Positions 8,116-16,875 of a stretch of DNA of 64,000 nt are shown here, piece by piece; within the stretch, counting starts at the first letter, position 1, and the number at the start of each line of letters is the position of its first letter. The DNA comes from an uncultured Eubacteriales bacterium (GTDB taxonomy: Bacteria > Bacillota > Clostridia > Oscillospirales > Oscillospiraceae), in the NCBI GenBank assembly GCA_900544405.1, contig UQVA01000002.1, positions 17,095 through 81,094 on the forward strand. The letters are read 5' to 3'. The position numbers were made by a program, and so were the translations under genes. The notes under the pieces are model-generated. The model saw only the letters and a program-made list of their open reading frames with translations. It did no database searches and had not been told where the DNA came from.

Positions 8116-10788
8116 ATGAAAACCAGGAAACTACTTCTTACGTTGCTGTTTTGCGTCATGCTGATTACAGCCCTGCTTCCAACGGCGGCCAATGCTGCAG
8201 AGGTTGCATCCGGAAGCTGCGGTGAAAATGCAGTCTGGTCTTTGGACGAAAACGGAACATTGACCATTTCCGGACAGGGGAAAATGGAATGGTCTGCTGA
8301 TCCATGGCTTTCCTACAAATCACAAATTAAGAAAATTGTGATTTGCCCAGGCATTACTGAAATCAAGCATGGTGCATTTATATATCTGAGCAGTGTTACG
8401 GATGTTTCCATCCCGGACAGTGTAACGAAGATCGGCGGGTATGCGTTTGCGGAATGTAACGGCCTTACCAGTATAAGACTTCCGGACACGGTTACAGAAA
8501 TTGATTCCTATGCATTCAATGGATGTCAGAATCTGTCGTCCATTACATTGCCGAAGAATTTAAAGACGATTGGTGATTATGTGTTTACGGATTGCTTTCA
8601 GCTGACCGATGTTTCCATTCCGAATGGTGTTGTCACTATCGGAAATTTCGCCTTTTGTCGCTGCAAAGCGCTGACGGAGATCCGACTTCCCGACAGCGTA
8701 ACAACGATTGGAACAGGGGCGTTTTCTGATTGCGAACAGCTTGAATCTGTCAAACTTCCTGCAGGTATTTCAAGCATCAATCAAAGCCTTTTTGAAGACT
8801 GTAAGCGCTTGAATAATGTTGTAATTCCGGACGGAGTGATCAGCATTGGCGAATGTGCATTTTCCGACTGTGAGAACCTGGAAAATATCACACTTCCGGG
8901 AAATCTGGAAACCATTGGATTCCGGGCGTTTAATAACTGTACGGCATTGAAAGCGATGACGTTTCCGGAAAAACTGAAAAAATTAAGCTGGGAAATTTTC
9001 GCTGCTTGCACCAATCTGCGTGAGCTTCATTTCACGGGCAGTATGCCGACGCTTGACGAGAAGGCTTTTAAAACGGCAGGATTTGTTGCTTTCTATCCGG
9101 TGAACGACAGCAGTTATGCTGATGCCGACAACTGCGGCGGAAATGTGATTTGGCTTCCGGAAGGCACTGCCTATCCGACATATTTCGGAACATGGCCTGT
9201 TTCCTGGACGATTTATCAGGATGGTGTGCTGACGATTATGAAATCGGATTTGTGGTACAGCGACAGCCGAATGGACGGCTTTACAAAACGATGCCCATGG
9301 TATCAGTATGATGGAATCATCAAAACTGTTGTCATAGAGCCAGGGGCAACGGTTATTGCGGAAGATGCGTTTGTAAACCTTGAGAGCTTGACAAATGTTA
9401 CCATCCCAGATACCGTCACACGAATCAGCTCTGGTGCTTTTGAAGGCTGTGTCAATTTGACGAGCATTACGATTCCGGGCAGCGTAGAGCATATTTCTAA
9501 CAAGGCATTTAAGAATTGTACGAGCCTTTCTTCTGTTGAACTTTCTAATGGTTTGCAATCTATCGGGTTGTCTGCATTTTATATGTGCAGCAGTCTGAAG
9601 GAAATTACCTTTCCGGAGACTTTGAGCCAAATTGAGGATCATGCCTTTTCGTACTGCAGGAGTATGAAGCAGGTGTGCTTTACCGGTGACTTGCCGACAG
9701 TGGGAAATATGGCATTTTATGAGGTGACAGCCACAGCCTATTACCCGGACGGGAATTCCACATACAATAAAGAGAATATCGATGCACAAGGATTTTATGG
9801 GAGTAATTTGACCTGGTGCGCCACGAACTATGGCCGCAGCGGCTGGGTCCAGAAGAATGGTGCTTGGTATTATTACGAGAACAACACTCCCGTTACCGGC
9901 TGGAAAACTATCGACGGTGCCCGGTACTATTTCAACACTTCCGGTATCATGCAGACCGGCTGGGTAAAGGACGGAATTAACTGGTACTACATGAACGGCT
10001 CCGGCGTGATGAAGACCGGTTGGCAGAAGCTTGCTGACGGAAACTGGTACTATTTCTATGAAGACGGACACATGGCCTGCAATGAAACCGTGAACATCGG
10101 CGGCTCGAATTACACGTTCAACGGTTCCGGTATCTGGGTGCAGAAAAAGAACGGTTGGGAGCAGAAGGACGGTGCCTGGTATTACTATGCAAATGGCGAA
10201 AAAGCCACCGGCTGGAAGCAACTGTCTGACGGAAATTGGTACTATTTCAACAGCGACGGGAAAATGCAGACCGGTTGGCTGAAACTGGGGAAATATTGGT
10301 ACTATTTGAACGGTTCCGGCATCATGGTCACAGGCTGGCAGAAGCTTGCTGACGGGAACTGGTACTATTTCTATCCCGGCGGAACCATGGCCTGCAACGA
10401 GACGCTGAACATCAACGGCGTTGATTATACCTTCAACGCCTCCGGTATCTGGGTGCAGGATCAGACGGTGAGAAGGAACGGCTGGGAGCAGAAGGACGGC
10501 GCTTGGTACTACTATGTGAATGGTGCAAAAGCCACCGGCTGGAAGCAGCTGCCGGACGGCAAGTGGTACTATTTCAACAGCGACGGGAAAATGCAGACCG
10601 GTTGGCTGAAACTTGGAAAATACTGGTACTATCTGAACGGTTCCGGTATTATGGTCACAGGCTGGCAGAAGCTGCCCGACGGGAACTGGTATTATTTCTA
10701 CCCCGGCGGGACCATGGCCTGCAATGAAACCGTGAACATCGGCGGCGTTGACTACACCTTCAATTCCTCCGGTATATGGGTGCATTGA
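8116..10788 (+). CDS. Secreted BspA-type leucine-rich-repeat (LRR_5) surface protein with C-terminal choline/cell-wall-binding repeats
   Basis: 890 aa; signal peptide MKTRKLLLTLLFCVMLITALLPTAANA; >15 LRR_5 units (IPDSVTxIGxxAFxxCxxLxSIxLP); C-terminal GW..DG.WYYF..G.M.TGW repeats in three ~105-aa tandem copies; markedly AT-richer than flanks. Confidence 0.85.
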   Translation: MKTRKLLLTLLFCVMLITALLPTAANAAEVASGSCGENAVWSLDENGTLTISGQGKMEWSADPWLSYKSQIKKIVICPGITEIKHGAFIYLSSVTDVSIPDSVTKIGGYAFAECNGLTSIRLPDTVTEIDSYAFNGCQNLSSITLPKNLKTIGDYVFTDCFQLTDVSIPNGVVTIGNFAFCRCKALTEIRLPDSVTTIGTGAFSDCEQLESVKLPAGISSINQSLFEDCKRLNNVVIPDGVISIGECAFSDCENLENITLPGNLETIGFRAFNNCTALKAMTFPEKLKKLSWEIFAACTNLRELHFTGSMPTLDEKAFKTAGFVAFYPVNDSSYADADNCGGNVIWLPEGTAYPTYFGTWPVSWTIYQDGVLTIMKSDLWYSDSRMDGFTKRCPWYQYDGIIKTVVIEPGATVIAEDAFVNLESLTNVTIPDTVTRISSGAFEGCVNLTSITIPGSVEHISNKAFKNCTSLSSVELSNGLQSIGLSAFYMCSSLKEITFPETLSQIEDHAFSYCRSMKQVCFTGDLPTVGNMAFYEVTATAYYPDGNSTYNKENIDAQGFYGSNLTWCATNYGRSGWVQKNGAWYYYENNTPVTGWKTIDGARYYFNTSGIMQTGWVKDGINWYYMNGSGVMKTGWQKLADGNWYYFYEDGHMACNETVNIGGSNYTFNGSGIWVQKKNGWEQKDGAWYYYANGEKATGWKQLSDGNWYYFNSDGKMQTGWLKLGKYWYYLNGSGIMVTGWQKLADGNWYYFYPGGTMACNETLNINGVDYTFNASGIWVQDQTVRRNGWEQKDGAWYYYVNGAKATGWKQLPDGKWYYFNSDGKMQTGWLKLGKYWYYLNGSGIMVTGWQKLPDGNWYYFYPGGTMACNETVNIGGVDYTFNSSGIWVH

Positions 10789-10818
10789 TTCGAAAAAAGG
10801 AAGCAGTGTGAATAGAGA

Positions 10819-10853
10819 AACCAGCCGGGATTCGATCGGGCCCCGGCTGGTTT
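10819..10853 (+). terminator. Rho-independent terminator after LRR gene
   Basis: ccagccggg...cccggctgg hairpin + ttttt. Confidence 0.6.
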
Positions 10854-11025
10854 TTGCACTTATGCGGGTATAGGCGTGAAGTCAACGGTTATACAAATAA
10901 TCAGAAACACCAAAATCGATGTTACCGGTGTGAAAAGCTCCTGTTGGGTTTCTCCAACAGGGGCTTGAAAAGAGAGAAACAGAAAGACCCCGGCGACTTT
11001 CTTACGAAAATCGCCGGGGTTTACC

Positions 11026-11101
11026 TGGTGGACTTGAAGGGATTCGAACCCTCGACCCCCACAATGCGAATGTGGTGCGCTCCCAACTGCGCTACAAGCC
11101 C
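11026..11101 (-). tRNA. tRNA-Ala (anticodon CGC), CCA encoded
   Basis: rc = GGGCTTGTAGCTCAG-like: acceptor GGGCTTG/CAAGTCC with G3:U70 Ala identity pair, anticodon loop TTCGCAT, T-loop GGTTCGAATCC. Confidence 0.9.
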
Positions 11102-11143
11102 ATCTCACGATCCATGCTATTATAGCGCCGGATCGTGGGTTTG

Positions 11144-12529
11144 TCAAGCCTCATTCTGGACCTGTTTTTCCCTGGCGGCCTGTCGGTCGAAGGCGTGCAT
11201 CCAGTCGGCGGCGTAGAAGTAGATGATGAACAGCACGCTGCTGGCGAACCAGGTGATGGGGTAGGCCATGGAGACGGTGTGCAATTCATTGACGTGCTGC
11301 ATGGCGATGGAAATGTAAGTGACCCGCAGCAGGCACCAGCACCCCAGCATGATGAACATGGGTACGGTGGCTTTACCTGCGCCCCGGAGAATGCCCGCAA
11401 TGCAGTGAGACAGGGCCAGCAGACAATAGAACAGGCAGATGGTCCGCATGTGGGCGGCGCCGTAGGCCACCACCTCCGGGGAATCGTTGAAAATGGAGAT
11501 CAGCTGGGGAGCCAGCAAATAGGAGGCCACGCCGATGAGCTCCGCCATGCTGACGCTGCAAATGACCGCAAAGCGCACGCCCTTTTTCACCCGGCCATAC
11601 TGCTGGGCACCCAGATTCTGGCCCACGAAGGTGGACAGGGCCTGGGCAAAGCAGGTGATAGGCAGGAAGGCGAAGCCTTCGATCTTGGAATAGGAGCCGC
11701 AGCCGGCCATGGCGGCCTTGCCGAAGCTGTTGATGTTGGTCTGGACCACCAGATTGGCCATGGCGATCACGCTGTTCTGCACGCCGGAGGGCAGGCCGTA
11801 GCGGACGATGTCCTTGAAGCTGTCCCAGTGATAGCGGATCTTCTTCAGCTCCACCCGGTAGGGCTCCTTGGTGGTCAGCAGCAGCCGGAAGCACAATAGG
11901 GCGCTGACGCCCTGGGAAATGGTGGTGGCGATGGCCGCAGACCCCACGCCCCAGCGGAACACCGCCACGAACAGCAGGTCCAGCACCACATTGACAAAGG
12001 ACGAGAAAATCAGGTAGTACAGCGGGTGGCGGCTGTCGCCCACGGCGTGGAGAATGCCCACCATGATGTTGTACATGACCGTAAAAATGGCTCCGCAGAA
12101 ATAATAGCGGAAATAGGAAATGGACTGGGGCAGTACGTCCTCCGGGGTGTCCATCCAGCGAAGGATCGTCGGCGTGAAGGCCACGCCCAAAGCCGTCAGG
12201 AGAATGCCCGCCGTCAGGCCGAAGGCCACGTCCGTATGGATGGCCCGGCGCATGGAATCGTAGTCCTTTGCTCCGTAGCACCGGGCGATGATGACGCCGG
12301 CACCCATGGCTACGCCGTTGAAGAAGCCAATCATCATAAAAATGAGGCTGCCGGAGGAGCTGACCGCCGCCAGGGCGTTGTCGCCCAAGTAGTTGCCCAC
12401 TACCCAGGAATCGAATGTGTTATAAAGCTGCTGGAACACGTTGCCCAGGAACACGGGCAGGGCGAAAAGCAGCATACTTTTCCAAATGGAACCTTCCGTC
12501 AGCGAACTGCCGCTGGATCTCAAAACCAT
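11144..12529 (-). CDS. MATE family efflux transporter
   Basis: 461 aa; 'LLFALPVFLGNVFQQLYNTFDSWVVGNYLGDNALAAV' MATE N-terminus, 12 TM. Confidence 0.85.
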   Translation of the reverse strand: MVLRSSGSSLTEGSIWKSMLLFALPVFLGNVFQQLYNTFDSWVVGNYLGDNALAAVSSSGSLIFMMIGFFNGVAMGAGVIIARCYGAKDYDSMRRAIHTDVAFGLTAGILLTALGVAFTPTILRWMDTPEDVLPQSISYFRYYFCGAIFTVMYNIMVGILHAVGDSRHPLYYLIFSSFVNVVLDLLFVAVFRWGVGSAAIATTISQGVSALLCFRLLLTTKEPYRVELKKIRYHWDSFKDIVRYGLPSGVQNSVIAMANLVVQTNINSFGKAAMAGCGSYSKIEGFAFLPITCFAQALSTFVGQNLGAQQYGRVKKGVRFAVICSVSMAELIGVASYLLAPQLISIFNDSPEVVAYGAAHMRTICLFYCLLALSHCIAGILRGAGKATVPMFIMLGCWCLLRVTYISIAMQHVNELHTVSMAYPITWFASSVLFIIYFYAADWMHAFDRQAAREKQVQNEA

Positions 12530-12566
12530 ACACTCCTTTCCAATTGTTGCAAATGCAACGATTGCT

Positions 12567-12594
12567 ATTATACTCCGGATTTCAGAAATGTCAA
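12567..12594 (-). promoter_or_regulatory. sigma-A promoter for MATE gene (TTGACA-16-TATAAT on minus strand)
   Basis: minus-strand -35 12589-12594, -10 12567-12572; palindrome ttgcaaatgcaa (12547-12558) between -10 and start codon. Confidence 0.45.
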
Positions 12595-12617
12595 TAGGCG
12601 GGAGAAATGGGAATTTC

Positions 12618-12646
12618 CTGTTGAAAAACCGGCAGCGTTCTGGTAT
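12618..12646 (+). promoter_or_regulatory. sigma-A promoter (TTGAAA-17-TATAAT) for E2-like gene
   Basis: divergent from MATE promoter. Confidence 0.45.
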
Positions 12647-12685
12647 AATTCAAAATTGGTATTTCAGAAGAAAGAGGGAAGACCA

Positions 12686-13567
12686 ATGGCAAAAAAGAAA
12701 CACGGCGACCGGAGAGACGGCATTTGGCTCCGGGACCTGCCTGCAATGAACCAAATCATGCCCACCATCATGCCCAACCGGGCGGATAACGAGGCATACA
12801 TCGACGTGGACGTGGATCTGCGTCCCCTGGAGGCCTATCTGGCCAGGAAAAACGAAGGCCGCACCGAGGATAAGATCACGTTCTTCCATGTCATCACGGC
12901 GGCCATCGGCAAGGCGTTCGTCCTGCGGCCCCGGATGAATCGTTTCATCTGCAACCATAAGGTTTACCAGCGGCGGAACATTACCGTGGCCTTCGTGGTG
13001 AAGAAAAAGTTCGAGGACAAGTCCGAGGAAGGACTGGCCTTCCTGGAATTTGAGCCGGAGGACACCATCGACACCTTCCACGATAAGATCATGCACATCA
13101 TTCATCAGACCCGCCGGAACGACGTGAAGGACGCCTCCTCAGGGGCCATGGACGTGCTCATCAGTATGCCCCACTTTATGACCGTGGCGGCGGTGAAGCT
13201 CATCCGCTGGCTGGATCAGTTCGGTGTTCTGCCGGATTCCATCATCGGCTCGGACCCCAACCATGCGGCCATTCTGCTGAGCAATCTGGGCTCCATCGGC
13301 CTGGAGGGCGGCTATCACCATCTGGTGAATTGGGGGACCAACTCCTGCTTCGTGGTGGTGGGCAAGAAGTTCCGCAAGGCGGATTATGACGAAAACGGCA
13401 ACGCCGACGTTCACGAGGTCATTCCCCTGGGCATCACCCTGGACGAGCGTATCGCCGACGGCTATTATTATTCCGGCACGGTGGCCCTGCTGAAAGAACT
13501 GCTGGAGCATCCGGAACTGCTGGAAATGCCCGCCAACACCCCGGTGGAGTATTCCATCAAACGGTAA
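12686..13567 (+). CDS. 2-oxoacid dehydrogenase E2 catalytic-domain-like protein (stand-alone; catalytic motif DERxxDG instead of DHRxxDG)
   Basis: 294 aa from ATG at 12686 with RBS agaaagaggga; C-terminal 'LGITLDERIADGYYYSGTVALLKELLEHPELL' aligns to E2/CAT 'LSLSxDHRVIDG...FL..L...LE.P..LL'. Confidence 0.65.
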   Translation: MAKKKHGDRRDGIWLRDLPAMNQIMPTIMPNRADNEAYIDVDVDLRPLEAYLARKNEGRTEDKITFFHVITAAIGKAFVLRPRMNRFICNHKVYQRRNITVAFVVKKKFEDKSEEGLAFLEFEPEDTIDTFHDKIMHIIHQTRRNDVKDASSGAMDVLISMPHFMTVAAVKLIRWLDQFGVLPDSIIGSDPNHAAILLSNLGSIGLEGGYHHLVNWGTNSCFVVVGKKFRKADYDENGNADVHEVIPLGITLDERIADGYYYSGTVALLKELLEHPELLEMPANTPVEYSIKR

Positions 13568-13575
13568 AAAAATCG

Positions 13576-13602
13576 CCTGCCGGAAATTTTCCGGCAGGCG
13601 AA
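13576..13602. terminator. Bidirectional terminator between convergent genes
   Basis: cgcctgccggaaa-ttttccggcaggcg palindrome. Confidence 0.55.
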
Positions 13603-13612
13603 GCTATCCGTA

Positions 13613-14551
13613 TCAGCCCACATAATCGTGGCCGCAGAGGGTCCACATGGTATCGATCTGGTCGTAAATTTCATAATAATCCCAGGTCTTTTCGGACCGG
13701 GTGCGGCTGTTGGAATCGTTGATGATGAGTTTCCCGTCCGAATCCATTCCGGCAATGACGATGAAGTGACCGTCGGTGGTGAAGGCACCGGGACCCACCA
13801 GGCAGATGATGACGTGTCCGCCTTCCAACTCCTCCTTCACGGAGGCGTAGCCCTTATCGATCTCCCACACGTCCAGACCCAGATCCTCACCGCCCTGATA
13901 AATCAGGGACCAGTAGGAGCCGTTGCCGGGGGCGCAGTAGCCATTGTCCAGGGCAAACTGGATGATCTTATCCGGGGTCATCTTCGGGTCGCCGCCGGTG
14001 AGATAGTAGGCGGCCATGGAGAGAGCCGTGGGACCGCAGGCAGTCAGACCGGCTACGTCGTTGCCATAAATGGTGTAGCCCCAGCGCTTGTCCCATTGCA
14101 GGAACAGGGGGACCTTGGAAAGGTCCGTGCCGGACAGATCGACGGTATGCTCCATGTCCTTTTCCAGGGGATAACTCAGCACGAAGTCCTCCGTCTCGGG
14201 ATTCCGGGCAAGCAGTTTCATCAGGCTCTCCGGGTAGTCCGCCAGAGACAGGCCGTTCTGGGCAGCAAAGGCGGAAACGGTGGTCTCCGCCCGTTCCTCA
14301 GGCGTGGTGGGAGCGGTAGGCTCCGTGGTGGCCTCGGTGGTCGGTTCGGTAGTGGCTTCCGTGGTCGGTTGGGTGGTGGCTTGGGTCGTTGCCTGGGTGG
14401 TGGGTGCGGTGGTACTGCCTGTGACGGGCGCAGGGTCCTTGGCAGGCAGAATGGTGGCCAGCCGGTCCTTGAACAGGAAGCCCAGTTCCCCAATCAAGAC
14501 CAAGACCAGTACCACCAGGATACCGATGAGAATGCCGCTGTTCTTTTTCAT
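13613..14551 (-). CDS. Membrane-anchored peptidase C39-like (YvpB/BtrH-type) domain protein with Thr/Pro-rich linker
   Basis: 312 aa; N-terminal TM helix, TTQATTQATTQPTTEATTEPTTEATTEPT linker, 'QWDKRWGYTIYGNDVAGLTACGPTALSMAAYYLTG' catalytic Cys region, downstream His 'DGHFIVIAG'. Confidence 0.7.
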   Translation of the reverse strand: MKKNSGILIGILVVLVLVLIGELGFLFKDRLATILPAKDPAPVTGSTTAPTTQATTQATTQPTTEATTEPTTEATTEPTAPTTPEERAETTVSAFAAQNGLSLADYPESLMKLLARNPETEDFVLSYPLEKDMEHTVDLSGTDLSKVPLFLQWDKRWGYTIYGNDVAGLTACGPTALSMAAYYLTGGDPKMTPDKIIQFALDNGYCAPGNGSYWSLIYQGGEDLGLDVWEIDKGYASVKEELEGGHVIICLVGPGAFTTDGHFIVIAGMDSDGKLIINDSNSRTRSEKTWDYYEIYDQIDTMWTLCGHDYVG

Positions 14552-14652
14552 TGGCGTATGCCTCTTTTCGTAGCGTTTGCCTCATTATAACACACCGTGT
14601 GCTGCACTTGCAAGAACAAATGTTCCCGATTTTTGAAAAAAGGAGCTAAAAA

Positions 14653-15383
14653 ATGACACGTTTTTTCGTATCAGAAGGGGAATTGGGTCTGAACCGGGCG
14701 GTTTTGACCGGAGAAAATCTGGCCCATGCCAAGGTCCTGCGGCTGAAAGCAGGGGAGAAGCTGCTGCTCTGCGACGGAGCGGGCCGGGAAAGCCTGGCCA
14801 CCGTCCGGGAGGTGGGAGCCAATGAAATACTGCTGGATCTGGAGCCGCCGGTGCCTTCCGCTTCCGAAGCGGCGGTGCGGGTCAGTGTATATATGGCCTT
14901 TTCCAAGGGGGACAAGCTGGAACACGTCATTCAGAAGGCCACGGAATTGGGGGCCTACGAGATCGTGGCCTTTCCCAGCGCCCGGTGCGTGTCCCGCCCC
15001 GATGAAAAAAGCCTGAAAAAGAAGCTGGAAGCTGGCAGAAAATTGCTGCCTCGGCGGCGGAGCAGTCCGGCCGGGGGCGCATCCCGCAGGTGGTGGTCTG
15101 CGATTCCTATGCCGCTGCTCTGCACCGGGGCGCACAGGCCGACAAGGCCCTGCTGTTCTACGAAAACGAGCAGGCAACGACCCTGAAAATGGCCCTGCAG
15201 TCCGGCCCTTACAGGTCCGTGAGCCTGCTGACCGGACCGGAAGGGGGCTTGGAGGAGCAGGAGGTGGCGGAGGCCCGGAAAATGGGCTTTGCCGTCTGCA
15301 CCTTGGGAAAGCGCATTCTGCGCTGCGAGACTGCCCCGCTGTGCGCCCTGTCCGCCGTCATGTACGACGCCGGAGAGTTCTGA
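14653..15383 (+). pseudogene. rsmE: 16S rRNA (uracil1498-N3)-methyltransferase RsmE, interrupted by a -1 frameshift near 15030
   Basis: N-terminal part (14653-~15030) and C-terminal part (to 15383, '...RIPQVVVCDSYAAAL...GPEGGLEEQEV...') are both RsmE but in different frames; junction at direct repeat aagctggaagctgg where ...KKLE(R)WQKI... requires one extra nucleotide. Confidence 0.7.
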
Positions 15384-15404
15384 TATTTTCTGAAAATGCA
15401 CCCC

Positions 15405-15445
15405 CGATGCCGTTTTTCGGTATCGGGGGTGTCTGTTTTTTGCTT
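15405..15445. terminator. Bidirectional terminator
   Basis: acccccgat...atcgggggt hairpin followed by ctgtttttt. Confidence 0.6.
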
Positions 15446-16875
15446 TAGAATGTGCCGCTCTGACGGATGCGGAGATCGCCGGACACGCTGTCCATGCTGA
15501 TCTTGCAGGCACCGTCCAGGTAGCGCATGGTGTCGTCCTGGTAAGTGGTGGCGAAATCGCTGTACAGCTTGCCGCTGAGACTGTCCAGATTGGCGGTAAA
15601 GCCCGTGTTTTCCGGCAGGGCCACCACCAGTTGCCCGGAAACGCTGTCCAGGTCGATGGAGTTGGGAGCGGCGGTGAGGGTCAGAGTGCAGTCTCCGGAG
15701 ACGGTATCGACCTTGGCCGTGCGGCAGGAGCCGGAGAAATCCAGTTCACCGGAAACATTGCTCACCGTCAGGTCGGTTACGTCTATGTCCGTCAGGGTCA
15801 TGTCGCCGGAAACATTGTCGATGCTGATGTCCTGAGCGGCCCACCCGGCGGGGACCGTCACCACCAGGTCCTTTCGGCGGACGTTCACGCTGATGGGGAT
15901 TTTGTTGGTCTGGGTGTAGGACAAGATCAGGGTGTCACCGGACTGGCTCCAGACCATGGGGAATTTGGCATCGTCTTCGCCGGTCAGGCGGAAGGAGATG
16001 TCCGTGGTGTTCTCCGACGGCTCCACACGGATACTCCCGGCCACCCAGTGGATGGCCAGCCGGGAGACTTCCTCCGCCGATACGGAGCCGGAGGGGGAGG
16101 GAATGCCGTCCACCTGGGAAGAGGTCCAGATGCAGAAAAGGTCGCTTATGGGACCGGAGGTACTGCTAAAGCCAACGCTAAAGACCAACGCCGCGACCAG
16201 CGCCAGGGCCAGCAGGGTGAAGATTACGATCCGCACCACTCCGGAGGCTGTTCTGCCCCTTTGAATACACAGGTCCCAGACGGCCATGACCAGGCCGGAA
16301 ACGCAGCCCGTCAGGGGAAAGACGAGCCAGGTAAGCCACCAGGCACGGGTAGCAAAGCTGACAGCCAGATAGAAAGCCAGGCCGGTGATTCCAATCAGGC
16401 TTCGCACGGCCTGTCGGGGGGCGCTGACTTCTTTTCCGGTGGTTTCCGACTCCGAATTGCCTTTCCCGGGGCTGGCCAGCATTCCCAGGGCCACGCCCAG
16501 CGCCACCATCACCAGCAGCAGGCACAGTCCCACCTCATCCTGAATGAGAAACAGGGGCAGGGGACAGAGAATGTAGCACACGATGGACAGCACACGCAGC
16601 AGCGGCTGCCATTTGGCGTCTACCACGCCTTTCTGAACCGGCTGGGGGACCGCCCCAGTGGCTTTGGGCGCAGCGCCGCCGGCGCTGCCCAGAATTTCGT
16701 TGATGTCTCCGATGCCGGAAATGGCCAGCCGATAGGCTGCCTCCGGAGTTTTGCCCTGGGCAATCAGGTCGTCATAGCGATCCAGGGTATTTTGCAGAAT
16801 TTCCTGCTGAATGTCTCCGGCGTTTTCCGCACCGGCAAACAGCAGCTCCACATAGCGTATCAGTTGTTCCCGCAT
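15445..16875 (-). CDS. Membrane protein with N-terminal DUF1700-like segment and C-terminal DUF4097 (putative adhesin/beta-helix) domain
   Basis: 476 aa; N-terminal 'RYVELLFAGAENAGDIQQEIL...', central TM helices, C-terminal repetitive VSGD/LSG beta-strand repeats typical of DUF4097; downstream of PadR regulator. Confidence 0.7.
   Translation of the reverse strand: MREQLIRYVELLFAGAENAGDIQQEILQNTLDRYDDLIAQGKTPEAAYRLAISGIGDINEILGSAGGAAPKATGAVPQPVQKGVVDAKWQPLLRVLSIVCYILCPLPLFLIQDEVGLCLLLVMVALGVALGMLASPGKGNSESETTGKEVSAPRQAVRSLIGITGLAFYLAVSFATRAWWLTWLVFPLTGCVSGLVMAVWDLCIQRGRTASGVVRIVIFTLLALALVAALVFSVGFSSTSGPISDLFCIWTSSQVDGIPSPSGSVSAEEVSRLAIHWVAGSIRVEPSENTTDISFRLTGEDDAKFPMVWSQSGDTLILSYTQTNKIPISVNVRRKDLVVTVPAGWAAQDISIDNVSGDMTLTDIDVTDLTVSNVSGELDFSGSCRTAKVDTVSGDCTLTLTAAPNSIDLDSVSGQLVVALPENTGFTANLDSLSGKLYSDFATTYQDDTMRYLDGACKISMDSVSGDLRIRQSGTF

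Noticed and set aside
8983-10785. 600-aa minus-strand ORF inside the LRR gene
   Set aside because: Antisense to a gene with signal peptide, LRR and CW-binding repeats all in the plus frame
11135-12281. 254-aa and 302-aa ORFs overlapping the minus-strand MATE gene
   Set aside because: Alternative or antisense frames of a clear 12-TM MATE transporter
12026-12685. N-terminal extension of the E2-like ORF (513-aa version)
   Set aside because: Would run through the divergent promoter region and antisense to the MATE gene; a good RBS and ATG at 12686 give a protein of typical domain length
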